Source: an uncultured Planctomycetota bacterium
GTDB taxonomy: Bacteria; Planctomycetota; Planctomycetia; Isosphaerales; Isosphaeraceae
Reading direction: 5' to 3'
Assembly (NCBI GenBank): GCA_963845755.1
Contig: CAWJTV010000011.1
Span: 608,001-672,000 of the forward strand
DNA: 64,000 nt
Part shown: one piece after another, positions 10,147 to 20,979 of the stretch
How positions within the stretch are numbered: position 1 is the stretch's first letter
How the letters are laid out: the number at the start of each line of letters is the position of its first letter
Position numbers and translations under genes: made by a program
The notes under the pieces: generated by a model
What the model was told of the DNA's origin: nothing
What the model saw: only the letters and a program-made list of their open reading frames with translations
Database searches by the model: none

Positions 10147-12187
10147 TCACTCGTCCGTCGTATAGCCCCCGTAGATGTCGTCATTGGAGGTCGTGGCGAA
10201 GTTGCCGACGACCTTGGTCTTGTTCGAGAGGGTGACGGTGCCGGAGGAGATATACAGGCCGCCGCCGATCCCCTTTCCGCCGCCGCTGCCGCCGAGGGCC
10301 GATTGAGCTGATCAGGACATTCGGAGAAGGACGCCGTGCCGGAGTTGTAGACGCCGCCGCCCTCACCGCTGCCGCCTCCCGCCCCTCCGATGGCCTGGTT
10401 GCCCAGGATCACGCTGTCGGCGACGTCGAGGTGGAGAAGCTGCTCTGGATCCCGCCACCCCTGCCGACGCCCCCCATGGCGCCGTTGGGACCCGGCGCCG
10501 CCGACGGCGACGTTGCCCACGATGCTGCTGCCGGTCACGGTGATCATCGCCGAATCGCCGTTCTCGATCGCGCCGCCTACACCGGCACCGGCCTGACCAC
10601 CGGCGACGCTATCGGCGCCGCCGATCGCGCGATTACCGAGGAAGCTGGAGTCGGTCACGGTCGCGATCGCGCCGGAGGACATTGTCCAGTCCGCCGCCGA
10701 ACGCCGCCGCCGAAGGACGTGCTTCCCGAGGTGGGGCCGGCGCCGCCGATGGCACTATTGCCGACCAGGAGGCTGGACGAAAGGTCCAGCGTGGTAGAGT
10801 TGCCCACGTTGATGATGGCCCCGCCCAAGCCGAACCCTTCGTTGGCTCCACCCTGGGCCAGATTATTCGTGAACGTGCTGCCGCTGATGGTCAGGACTCC
10901 GGGCAGATCGAATCCCACGTTGGCGATCGCCCCGCCCTCCGCGTTTCCCTGGAGGTAGGACGTGGACGAGATGATGGCCTGGTTGCCTTCGAAGAGGCTG
11001 CCGGTGATGGTGCCCTGCACCAACCCGCCGAGGTCCAGGGCGCCGCCCTGCTGAGACCCACTACCGAGCGCGGCATTGTTGAGGAACGAGCTGTCGGTCA
11101 CCGAGATGGTCGTGACGGAAAAGGTTTGGATCGCCCCGCCATCGCTACCGGCGCCGCTCGTGCTGATGACCTGGTTGCCCTCGAAGATGCTGCCATTGAC
11201 GGTCAAGATGTCCGGCAACTGAGGGAAGCTATACATGGCGATGCCTCCGCCCAGAGCCAGGGTGCCGATGGCCGTGTTGTTCGCGATCAGGCTCCCGGTG
11301 ACGGTCACGTCCGAGAGGATGGAGTCGATGCCGGCACCGACGGCCTCGCCGCCGCTCGCACTCTCATTGATCGTGTTGTCCGCGATGGTGCTGTTGTTGA
11401 CCGTCAACGTCTCGGTGGGGTAGGGAGGGCCGGAAGAGTTGATCTCAATGCCGCCTCCCGCGTTGCCGCTGACGACGCAGTTGGTGAGACTCGCGTTGGC
11501 GAAGCTGAGGATGCCGCCGCCCTCGCTGGAAGAGTTACCGGAAATGGTGCTGCCGGTGATCGTGAGCGGGCCATCGTTATTGATGCCCCCGCCGAAATTG
11601 CCCGTATTGTTCGAGATCGTGGAGCCGACGATCGTCAGCGTGCCGGCATTGAAGATCCCGCCGGCGCCGTAAGACTCGGAGCCGGACGCGACGGAGTTGC
11701 CCGTAATGACGCAGTCGGAGACGCTCAGCGCGCCGTAGTTCAGGATGCCTCCGCCGCCGAAGCCGTAGGGCACCGCGTACGAGGCGTCGGTGATCGTCAG
11801 GCCCGAGATGGTGGCGGTCACGCCGCTCGCGACGTCGAAGACGCTCGACTCGTCGTTGCCGCTGACGGTCACGTGCTTGGCCCCGGGGCCGTCGATGTCC
11901 ACGCTCGTGGTGACCTCCAGCGGGCCGCTGCTCAGGGTGATGGTCCCGTAAGCGCTGCGGCGAACTTGATCGTGTCGCCCGAGCTGGCCTCGGTGATCGC
12001 GGCGCGGAGCGAGCCCGACGCCGTTGTCATTGTCATTGGTGACCGTGATCGTGCTCAGCAGCGCACGGACCTCCAGTGGGATGAGCCGTGGTGAGAATCG
12101 CCACAACGGCCGGCGACGGGCCTGATCTCGTCGGATCATCGTGGATTTGAGAATCTGAATGCAAGAATGTGACAATAATTGCATCAT
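10147..12187 (-). CDS. Gly-rich beta-helix extracellular protein, paralog 2; several frameshifts
   Basis: [35 protein letters not shown] repeats; C-terminus [21 protein letters not shown]. Confidence 0.75.
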
Positions 12188-12281
12188 ATCATTCCTTGTT
12201 GTAAGCAATCTGGATGGAGGATGAGAGAGCGAGAGCGTTTCACGATCGGGAAGAGCACGCCCCAAGGTCGATGCGCAGCCA

Positions 12282-12366
12282 CCCCCCTGGCCCCCCCTCT
12301 GTAAGGGGGAAAATAGGAGAGGGCACGCCCGATTGCTTTCCCTCCTTACGAAGGGGGGCAGGGGGG
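12282..12366. repeat. Palindromic CCCCCCTT..AAGGGGGG extragenic element, copy 1
   Basis: CCCCCTGGCCCCCCTCTGTAAGGGGG ... CCTTACGAAGGGGGGCAGGGGGG; related to 46771 and 51894. Confidence 0.7.
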
Positions 12367-12626
12367 CTTCGCTAGGGACTTGGAGCGAATTCAAGACGAT
12401 CGTGAAGCGCTCGAACCCATTCGATGCCGAGTGGCTGGCCTCGGTGCGCGCACGGCGGGCGGGACTCCTTGAACGGGAAACCGGAGACACCCGCATGCTG
12501 GCACAGGGAGTTCCATCGAGAGGAGCAATCGCTACAGGACAAGGCGCCGTTCGCCTCGGTTCGGGGCGCGGATTAGTCGGATTTTTCGGATCGGGAGCGT
12601 GGTGTGGTCCTTGTTCAGCCGTCTCA

Positions 12627-12647
12627 GGTGCTCACCGAGCACCCTAC
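12627..12647 (-). repeat. Single GTAG-type REP
   Basis: GGTGCTCACCGAGCACCCTAC is the exact reverse complement of 31350-31370. Confidence 0.8.
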
Positions 12648-12688
12648 TACGGATTCCGGATCCGTGCGCAACCCCAGCGTCCGGCGCG

Positions 12689-15024
12689 CTAGTCGGTCGT
12701 ATAGGTCCCGTAGATGTTGTCGTTGGAGGTGGTGGCGAAGTTGCCGACGACCTTGGTCTTGGTGAGCGTGGTGATGGTGCCGGCGGCGATGTAGAGTCCG
12801 CCGCCGTAGCCTTTGCCCCCGCCCGAGCCGCCGATGGCCGAGTTGAGGGTGACCAACACGTCGGTGAGCGAGGCGTTGGCGCCGGTCCCGGAGATGAAGA
12901 CCCCGCCGCCCTCGCCGGCGCCGCCGCCCTGACCGCCGATCGCCGAGTTGCCGGCGATCAGCCCGCCTTTGACCTTGAGAGTGGCCGCGTACTCGAACAC
13001 GCCGCCGCCCTGGGCATCGCCCGCGAATCCGGGGGTGCTGGTGCCCTGGCCGCCGGCGCCGCCGACGGCGGTGTTGCCGAGGATCATGACGTTGGCGAGC
13101 TTCGCCGAGCCCCCGTAGAACACGTAGATGCCGCCGCCCTGGCCGTAGCCCCCGCCGCCGCCGGTATTGCCCTGACCGCCGTCGCTGCCGATGGCGCCGT
13201 TCCCGGTGATCGCGGTGCCGCCGAGCGTCAAGGCGCCTTGCCCGCCGACGAAGATGCCGCCGCCCCAGCCGTAGCCGCCGGTCTCGCCGGCTCCGTAGGA
13301 CGCGTCAGCACCCTTGCCGCCTCTCGCGACGTTGCCAGCGATCACGCCGCCCTGGATGGACAGGGACGCGCCGGTCGTACCGACCGCGCCGCCGATGCCT
13401 TCGTTCCCGTAATAAGCGGGAATTGGCGAGGCGCTGGTGCCCGGGCTCCCGAGGGCCTGGTTGCCGATGAAGGAGGTCTTGGTCACGGAAGCGGGGGTGT
13501 CTACCAAATCCAGCGCGCCGCCCTCGACATAGGTGCTGTATGAGGGTACTCCGGTGCCGCCGACGGCCTGGTTCCCGGTGAACAGGCTGTCGGCGATCGT
13601 TGTCATGAGCGTCGGGCTCGGTTTGGAGTTGAAGAAGAGCTGGCTGTAGATCGCCCCGCCGAGCGCAGCTTGCAGGCCCTGTCCGGAGCCGCTCACCGCC
13701 TGGTTGCCGGAGAACTTATCGGATGTGAGGGCGAGGGCCTCCAGATACGTGTCGATGGCGCCGCCATAGGCGGGACCCGAGGCTTCATCCGAGGGATTGA
13801 TGGTGCTGCTGTCGCCCAGGGCCTGGTTCCCGGTGAACGTGCTCCCGCTGATGGTGGTGGTTCCCCCCCCGGAGGCGCCGAAGCCGCCAATGTTGATCGC
13901 GCCGCCCTGAGCCTGGCTGCCGGCGGTGCCCGTGCCGATGGCCATGTTCCCGGAAAACAGGGAATTCGTGATCGTCACGGGGCTCGGAGGGGGCGGAGGG
14001 AAGCCGTAGGGCGTGCCGGGAGCGACCGCGAGCGCACCGCCAGCAGCGAGGCCGGGGCCGCCTTGAGTCAAGGACTCTTCCGCCTCGTTGTTGAGGAACT
14101 GGCTCGTGCTGATCGTCACCACAACCTGCGGGTCCGTCCAGATCGCGCCGCCGGCCGCGGTCCCGCCCTCGAAGCCAAACTCCGAGGGGTTGTTGATCGC
14201 CACGTTCCCGCGGAACGTGCTGCCGGTGACCGACAAGCTCCCATATACTGTGGAATACAGGTAAGCCGCATTGATGACGTTGATTGCGCCGCCCTGGGCA
14301 TCGACGCTGAAGGACTGGTTGTCGATGAAGGTGCTCGAGCTCACGGAGACGCTCGAGCCATTCTCGGCGTCGATCGCGCCGCCGTCGCCCGTGAAGAACA
14401 GGGCCTTCGCCGAGCCCGCCGTGTTGTCCTCGAACAGGTCGTTGTCGATGGTGAGACTCAGTCCGGTGCGATCGCCGCCGTTGGAGATGCCGCCACCCGA
14501 GCCGCCGGGCGCCTGGTTGTCCTTCAGGACGCTGTCCTCGAGTGTCAGGTTAACCTGGCGCGAGGATCCCGCCCCCGTTGCTGAATACCGCCGTTCCCGT
14601 CGGCAATCGTCAGGCCCGAGACGGTCATGTCGGCGGCCGGTTCGGAGGGATCGTAAGGAAAGACCCCCAGCTCGAAGACGGTGTACGTATCGTTGCCGCT
14701 GATCGTGAGCTTGTTTGCCCCCGGGCCCTGGATCGTCAGGTCGATGTTCGGGGCGCTGAGTGGTCCGCTGGTCAGGGTGATGGTCCCATACGCGCTGGGG
14801 GCGAAATCGATCGTGTCGCCCGAGACGGCCGAGCCGATCGCGGCGCGGAGCGAGCCGGAGCCGCTGTCGTCGTCATTGGTGACCGTGATCGTGCTCAGCA
14901 GCGCGCGCACCTCCAGCGGGATGAGGCGCGGGCTGAACCGCCACGCCGTACGAAGACGGGCCCGGCCCCGCCGGACGAAGACGGATCGCAGCCTGGGCAT
15001 ACCACCACGTGCCAATAATGACAT
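12689..15024 (-). CDS. Gly-rich beta-helix extracellular protein, paralog 3; frameshifts near 14460-14590
   Basis: [36 protein letters not shown] repeats; C-terminus [23 protein letters not shown]. Confidence 0.8.
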
Positions 15025-15581
15025 GATGCTACTCCTTGTTGCATGAATTCGGGACACAGAACGACCGCAGGACCACGGACGATGCCGAGCGGTCTGGCAC
15101 GGCGCGCACCGAGGGCGATACTCCGGGACCTTGGGGGAACGAGAGCCGGAGCCGCCCGCCTGCTGGTGCAGGGAGTTTCTTCGATCAGAACGACCCTCAA
15201 GGGACTAGGCGCTGTTTGCGTCGGTTCAGGGCGCGCGGATGGATCGGAATCCGTGGGCGTTTTCCCGGTCGGCGCATGGGACGGAATGCTCGTTGGACGG
15301 TTTGGCGGGGGGCGTGGCTGTTGACGCCTTCACCCCACGTCGGCTCTTCGCAAGACGTTGCGCGGCCGAGCTTGAGCCTGCGACGTCGGCCAGCCCCGGC
15401 GGATGCGACGGCGCGGGAGACCCCCGACGCCAGTGCCCCAGCCCCTCGATATTGGCAAGACGTGAAGCATGCCGTCGAGTTTTCTTGCATGAGTACCGAG
15501 GGGAAACCTTAGAATGGGTCCTCATCAAGGAGCCGGCCCGACGAAAGGAATGGCGCGAATGAGTCTCTCACGGTAGGGCAC

Positions 15582-17393
15582 ATGCACGACTTCGACCTGA
15601 TCCTCACGCTGACAGGCGGACTGGCCGCGGCACTGATCTGCGGCACCATCACATTCCGGCTCGGGCTCTCGCCGATCGTCGGCTACTTGCTGGCCGGGTT
15701 TATCGTCGGGCCGAATACGCCGGGATTCGTGGCCGACCGGGCGCTGGCGGACCAGCTTGCCGAGATCGGGATCATCCTGCTGATGTTCGGCGTGGGTTTG
15801 CAGTTCCACGTCGAGGAATTGCTGGCCGTGAGACGCGTTGCCGTGCCGGCGGCGATCGGCCAGAGTCTGGTCGCGATGCTGCTGGGGACTCTGGTTGGTG
15901 TGTCATTCGGCTGGAGCTGGCCGGCCAGCTTCATCTTCGGGCTGGCGATCTCGGTGGAGAGCACCGTGGTGCTCACGCGCGTGCTCTCGGACGCAGGTAC
16001 GCTGCACACTCCGGCCGGTCACATCGCCCTCGGCTGGCTCGTCGTCGAGGACCTGTTCACGGTCCTGGTGCTGGTGCTGCTGCCCGCGATCTTCGGCCGC
16101 GGTGGCATGGGCGCGGCCGGCCTGGCGGTCGCGGTGGTCGTGGCCCTGGTGAAGGTCGCGGCGATGGTCGGACTGACGTTCCTGGCTGGCCGACGGCTGA
16201 TCCCCTGGCTGCTCTCAGTGGTCGCGGCGACGCGCTCGCGCGAGCTGTTCACGCTCACGATCCTGGTCGTGGCGCTGGGGATCGCCGTGGGATCGGCGAA
16301 GGTCTTCGGCGTCTCGATGGCCCTGGGCGCGTTCCTGGCCGGCATGGTCGTGGGCCGATCGGAGTTCAGCCTGCGCGCGGCGACCGAGGCGCTGCCCATG
16401 CGCGATGCGTTCGCCGTGCTGTTCTTCGTCTCGGTCGGGATGCGGTTCGACCCGCATTCCCTGGCCGATGCGCCGGGCCTGGTGGCCGGCATGCTGGCGG
16501 TGATATTCCTGGGCAAGCCGCTGGCGGCGCTGGGCATCGTGCGGTGGCTCGGCTATCCCTGGCGCGTCTCGGCCTCGGTCGCCACGGCATTCATCCAGAT
16601 CGGCGAGTTCTCGTTCATCCTTGCCGCCGCGGGGAAGGGCCTGGGCATCCTCGACGATCGGGCCGAGAACGCGCTGATCGCCGGAGCCATCATCACCATC
16701 ACCTTGAACCCGATGCTCTACCGGCTCGCCCGGCCACTGGGGACCCTCCTGGGCCGATTCTTCGAGGAGCCCGCCGGATCGGAGACGGCCGTGCCCGAGC
16801 AGCAGGCCGGAGCCGAAACGGGGCGAGATCGGGCCGTGGTCGTCGGATATGGCCCGGTGGGCCGGACGCTCGCCCAGCTCCTCGGCGAGAACCAGATCGA
16901 GCCGGTCGTCATCGAGCTGAACCTCGAGACCGTGCGCCGGCTCAATACCGAGGGGATCGCGGCCGTCTATGGCGACGCGGCCCATGCGGAGACCCTGAAC
17001 CAGGCCGGATTCGGCGAGGCCCGCGCCTTGATCCTCAGCAGCTCCCAGTCCACGGGGAATCAGGAAGCCATTCGCCTGGCGCGCGAGCTGAATCCTAAGG
17101 CCTTGATCCTGGTCCGTTCGAATTACCTGCTCGAGCGGCCGGCGCTGTGCGGGGCGGGCGCCGATCTGGTGTTCTCCGGCGAGGGTGAGGTGGCCCTGTC
17201 GATGACCGAGGCGCTGCTCGAACACCTGGGGGCGACGCCCGAGCAGATCGACCGCGAACGGGCGCGGATCCGGTCCGATCTGTTCCAGGGCCGGGGAGCC
17301 CAAGGACCCTCGCCGGATGGCCCGCCCTCCTCGGAGGGAACGTGTGAGCCGACGGTCTCTCCTCCTATCAATTCGGATCTCCCATCAGGATGA
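15582..17393 (+). CDS. CPA2 cation:proton antiporter (YbaL/RosB/Kef-like) with a TrkA-N domain
   Basis: VGYLLAG, LAEIGIILLMFGVGL, WLVVEDL, ALGAFLAG, QIGEFSFIL; GYGPVG Rossmann motif and VYGDAA. Confidence 0.9.
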   Translation: MHDFDLILTLTGGLAAALICGTITFRLGLSPIVGYLLAGFIVGPNTPGFVADRALADQLAEIGIILLMFGVGLQFHVEELLAVRRVAVPAAIGQSLVAMLLGTLVGVSFGWSWPASFIFGLAISVESTVVLTRVLSDAGTLHTPAGHIALGWLVVEDLFTVLVLVLLPAIFGRGGMGAAGLAVAVVVALVKVAAMVGLTFLAGRRLIPWLLSVVAATRSRELFTLTILVVALGIAVGSAKVFGVSMALGAFLAGMVVGRSEFSLRAATEALPMRDAFAVLFFVSVGMRFDPHSLADAPGLVAGMLAVIFLGKPLAALGIVRWLGYPWRVSASVATAFIQIGEFSFILAAAGKGLGILDDRAENALIAGAIITITLNPMLYRLARPLGTLLGRFFEEPAGSETAVPEQQAGAETGRDRAVVVGYGPVGRTLAQLLGENQIEPVVIELNLETVRRLNTEGIAAVYGDAAHAETLNQAGFGEARALILSSSQSTGNQEAIRLARELNPKALILVRSNYLLERPALCGAGADLVFSGEGEVALSMTEALLEHLGATPEQIDRERARIRSDLFQGRGAQGPSPDGPPSSEGTCEPTVSPPINSDLPSG

Positions 17394-20300
17394 AGCCGGC
17401 CCAGTCGTGGGGATGAGCGAACGGGTGGCCTTCGGACCGGGCATTGGACCTGGCCCGGATCTCGCCCCGCGCGATCTGGCTCAATTCGCGCTCGACCTCG
17501 GTGCCGGTCAACCCGCGGAGCCACGCCTTGGCCTCGTGCAGCGCCTCGGCCTTCGAGAGCGGCTTGTCCAACCCGGGTCGCTTGCCCAGCCAGTTCTGAT
17601 AGAACCGGGCCATCAAGAGCGCGGACGACCTGTCATCCACTTCCCAAAGGCTGACGATCACGCTGCGGCTACCGGCCAGGAAGAACGCCTGGGCGAAGCC
17701 GACGAATCCTTCGCCGCCGCTTTGGCGTCCCAGGCCGCTCCGGCAGGCGCTCAGCGTAACCAACTCGGCATTGAGCTTCCAAGTGTTCATGACCTCGCCG
17801 GCGGTGAGTGTGCCATCGAAGACCGGCGCATTGAGCGAGACCGTGGCGGTCGGGTCGGGCAGCTTGTCCTGCGAGAGCAGCAGCCGGGAGTTCATCGGCG
17901 CGAGGTCGTCGATCTTACCATGGGTGGCCAGGTGAATCACGGTGAACCCGCCGAGCTGTCCGCGAGAGCGCACCGAGTCGAGGGTCTGTTCGCTCGCATC
18001 TGAACCGAGGTAGACCTCACGCTGGTCGAAGAATCCGGCGATGGTCTGGACCTCGCGGCGGGTGCCAGGCAGCGGATCGAAGGTCGCGCCGCGAGAGCGG
18101 CGGAGCGAGATGTCGCCCTCGCGCTGGGCGAGCAGGGCCTGCGGTGCCGGTTGGGTGTTCGGGACGACTCCGAGCGGCCCGGGACGGAGGGTCAATTCGA
18201 ACGTCTTATTGTCGCGCCAGACGGCAACCGCGATGCTCTTGACCTTGAGATCGCCGCCCTGGACCTGCTTCTCGAGGTCGTCGAGGGCCGCGAGCCTGGC
18301 GCCGCCATACTGGAGCAGGATATCGCCCGGCCGGATGCCAGCCTGTTCCGCGTTCGAACCGGGCTCCACCTGCTGGACGAGCAGGCCGTGATTGGGAGGT
18401 TTGGGCGCAGGCGGGTTGGACGTGTCGGCAGCCGGGGGCACGGGGTCGCCCAGGGCCAGCAGGCGGCGAGGCCGTGCCGGCTTGCCCTCCTCCTCGTGGC
18501 GCCGTTCCTGGAGCCAGGCGAAGATTGTGCCCGAGGGAGCATAGCTGACGAGGCGACGCGGCGCAGCCGGCGGACGGGCCTCGACCATCGCCTCGACGGG
18601 AATGCCTGCCAGTGCGGGCGACGGCAGGACGATCAGGTGCCGGACGGACGGCAGGCCGTCGCGAGCTTCCAAGGCAGTCTCCAGCGGCCCCAAGCGTTGC
18701 TGGGCCAACATGGCTAGGGGCGTCTGCCAGTCCTTCTCGATCTCAGTGCCGAGGAGTTGGCGGACCTGACCAGGCCGTTGTTCATCGGCCGGCCTCCACG
18801 CCGGGTCTGGTCCGATCCCGACGATGCGGATCCACTGTGGCACGCCAATGCGCCGGACCACGCAGGCCCAGTGGTCGCCGCGAGGATCGGCGGTGTTGGG
18901 CATGGTCTTGAGGTCGAGCCAGCCGACGAGCGCCGCGTCGGCGGGGATCCGGGCCTGAATCTGGTCGAGGTCGTACACCGCACCGGCGGTCGCCTTGTAT
19001 TTCCGGATGACCTCGGCCTCGAGTTGGACCAGCCGGCCCTGTAGATCGAGGCGCTGGCTCTTGAGCTCCTCGAGCTGCTTGCGCTGATCATTGGTGGGGT
19101 CCTCGACGCTCATCCGGGCATTGATCTGGTTGTCGAGCCGGTCGAGCCGGTAAGCCAGCTCATCATGGCCGCGTCGCTCGTCGAGCGTGAGGGGTCGGCG
19201 TCGGGCGGCCAGGTCATCGAACAAGCCGCGCGCCAGGCCGGATTCCCAGCGCTGCCAGGCGTCCGCGTCGCATGCCTGCCGGGCCAGGAGTGCGGCGAGG
19301 ACGGTCAGGGGCGATTGCTGCGACCCGAGCGCGATCCGGCCCATCCCCGTGAAGCTGACGCGAAGCCTCGCCGCCTCGTAACTCCGGGTCGCGGCGAGCG
19401 CCTGGGTTTCGGCGTCGGAGTAATTCCCCTGGGCGGCCAGGTTGAGAGCCAGGCCCGTGTAGCTCCGCGCCGTTTGGTCGTGTTCCTCACCCAGCCTGCG
19501 GCGGCGGATCTCCAACGACTTATCATAGAGCGCTTCCGCCTCAGCGTACTTCCCTTGCCGCTCCAGATTGACGGCCACTCTGCTGTATCCGACTGCCAGG
19601 TAGGGGTGGCTCTCGCCCAAGCGGCCCCGCCAGATGTCCACGGCTTTACGGTGCAGAGATTGAGCCTCGGCATACCTCTCTTGCCTCTCCAGATTGGCGG
19701 CCAGGTTGCTGTATCCGGCGGCCGTGTGGAGGTGGTCCTCGCCGAGCTGCTGGCGCCAGATGTCCACCGCCTTCTGAAGCAGTGGCTGGGCCTCGGCATA
19801 CTTCCCTTGATCGCGCAGGTTGGCGCCCAGATTGTTGTACGCCAGGGCCGTATCGGGGTGGTCCTCGCCTGAGGCGAGGCGGTAGATCTCCAGTGCCCTG
19901 CGGAGTAGCGGTTCGGACTCGGTGTCTTTGCCCTGGCCGGTGAGATCATAAGCCAGGTTATTGTAGCTCCTGGCGGTGTCGGAGCTGATCTCGCCCTGGG
20001 CCCGGCGGTGGATCTCCAGCGCCTTGTGGAGAAACGGCTGGGCCTCGGCGTACTTCCCTTGATCGCGGAGGTTGAGGCCCAGGTTATCGCAAGCATCGGC
20101 AATCCGAGGGGCATACTCGCCCTGAGTATGGAGGTTGATCTCCAGCGCCCGACGATAATGCGGCTCGGCCTCGGCGTATAGGCCCTGGCCGTCGAGGTTG
20201 GCGGCCAGGTCATTGTAGCTGGCGGCGGTATACGGGTGATTCTCACCCAGGGCGTGGCGATCGATCTCAAGCGCCTTCAGACAGAACGGCCTGGCTTCTT

Positions 20301-20859
20301 CATACCGCCCCTGGGCATCGAGGTTTTCGGTCAACCCGTTATAGATCCGGGCCGTGTTCGGGTGGTCCTCGCCCAGGATCTTGCGGCGAGTGTCAATCAC
20401 CGACCGGATCAGCGGTTCCGCCTCGGCGAAGCGCCCCTTCTGATGGAACTGCTCAATCTCCTCATCGTGCCGTATGGCCGCCGCCAGCTCGGATTGGGCT
20501 TCGCGCGGCAGGCCGGCCACGCGAGTGCACGACTGCTCCTCGATCCGCGCGTTGACCGTCTCCCAGTGGTCCTGGCCCTGCACGCGGTTGCGGATCGCCA
20601 GGACCTCTCTCGCGGGCGCAATCGCCTCGGCGAATCGACCTTTCTTCTCGAGATCAGCGATCTGTTTTTCCAGCGAATCGGCCCACTTGGCGTCGTCGCC
20701 TTGGAGGACGCGCTGCCAGGGGGGCTTCGACTTCAACACGACTTCCTTCCCTGGCGTCGCCTGAGCCAGCACCGGGGCAGCCGAGTTGATCAGGATGGAG
20801 CTTGCCAAGGAGGCGACGAGACACGAGGAAAAACACTTGTTGAAGATTCCGGTTCTCAT
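17368..20859 (-). CDS. Exported TPR-CHAT (caspase-like) protease with an inserted PDZ domain
   Basis: Signal peptide ...APVLA-Q; about nine 42-aa GEDHP-type TPRs; VEPGSNAEQAGIRPGDIL (PDZ); catalytic IHLATHG and VTLSACRSG; PFAHPHDWAGFILMG. Confidence 0.9.
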   Translation of the reverse strand: MRTGIFNKCFSSCLVASLASSILINSAAPVLAQATPGKEVVLKSKPPWQRVLQGDDAKWADSLEKQIADLEKKGRFAEAIAPAREVLAIRNRVQGQDHWETVNARIEEQSCTRVAGLPREAQSELAAAIRHDEEIEQFHQKGRFAEAEPLIRSVIDTRRKILGEDHPNTARIYNGLTENLDAQGRYEEARPFCLKALEIDRHALGENHPYTAASYNDLAANLDGQGLYAEAEPHYRRALEINLHTQGEYAPRIADACDNLGLNLRDQGKYAEAQPFLHKALEIHRRAQGEISSDTARSYNNLAYDLTGQGKDTESEPLLRRALEIYRLASGEDHPDTALAYNNLGANLRDQGKYAEAQPLLQKAVDIWRQQLGEDHLHTAAGYSNLAANLERQERYAEAQSLHRKAVDIWRGRLGESHPYLAVGYSRVAVNLERQGKYAEAEALYDKSLEIRRRRLGEEHDQTARSYTGLALNLAAQGNYSDAETQALAATRSYEAARLRVSFTGMGRIALGSQQSPLTVLAALLARQACDADAWQRWESGLARGLFDDLAARRRPLTLDERRGHDELAYRLDRLDNQINARMSVEDPTNDQRKQLEELKSQRLDLQGRLVQLEAEVIRKYKATAGAVYDLDQIQARIPADAALVGWLDLKTMPNTADPRGDHWACVVRRIGVPQWIRIVGIGPDPAWRPADEQRPGQVRQLLGTEIEKDWQTPLAMLAQQRLGPLETALEARDGLPSVRHLIVLPSPALAGIPVEAMVEARPPAAPRRLVSYAPSGTIFAWLQERRHEEEGKPARPRRLLALGDPVPPAADTSNPPAPKPPNHGLLVQQVEPGSNAEQAGIRPGDILLQYGGARLAALDDLEKQVQGGDLKVKSIAVAVWRDNKTFELTLRPGPLGVVPNTQPAPQALLAQREGDISLRRSRGATFDPLPGTRREVQTIAGFFDQREVYLGSDASEQTLDSVRSRGQLGGFTVIHLATHGKIDDLAPMNSRLLLSQDKLPDPTATVSLNAPVFDGTLTAGEVMNTWKLNAELVTLSACRSGLGRQSGGEGFVGFAQAFFLAGSRSVIVSLWEVDDRSSALLMARFYQNWLGKRPGLDKPLSKAEALHEAKAWLRGLTGTEVERELSQIARGEIRARSNARSEGHPFAHPHDWAGFILMGDPN

Positions 20860-20979
20860 GACAGGATTGCCTTTTTGAAGACATTCGGTCGGTCGATTGT
20901 TGACGTCGAGAGGCCCGCGCCGAACGCAGCGACGTGATCTCGTTTCCGGTTTTCCTCGGTACCATGGCCCTGTTGCCGT

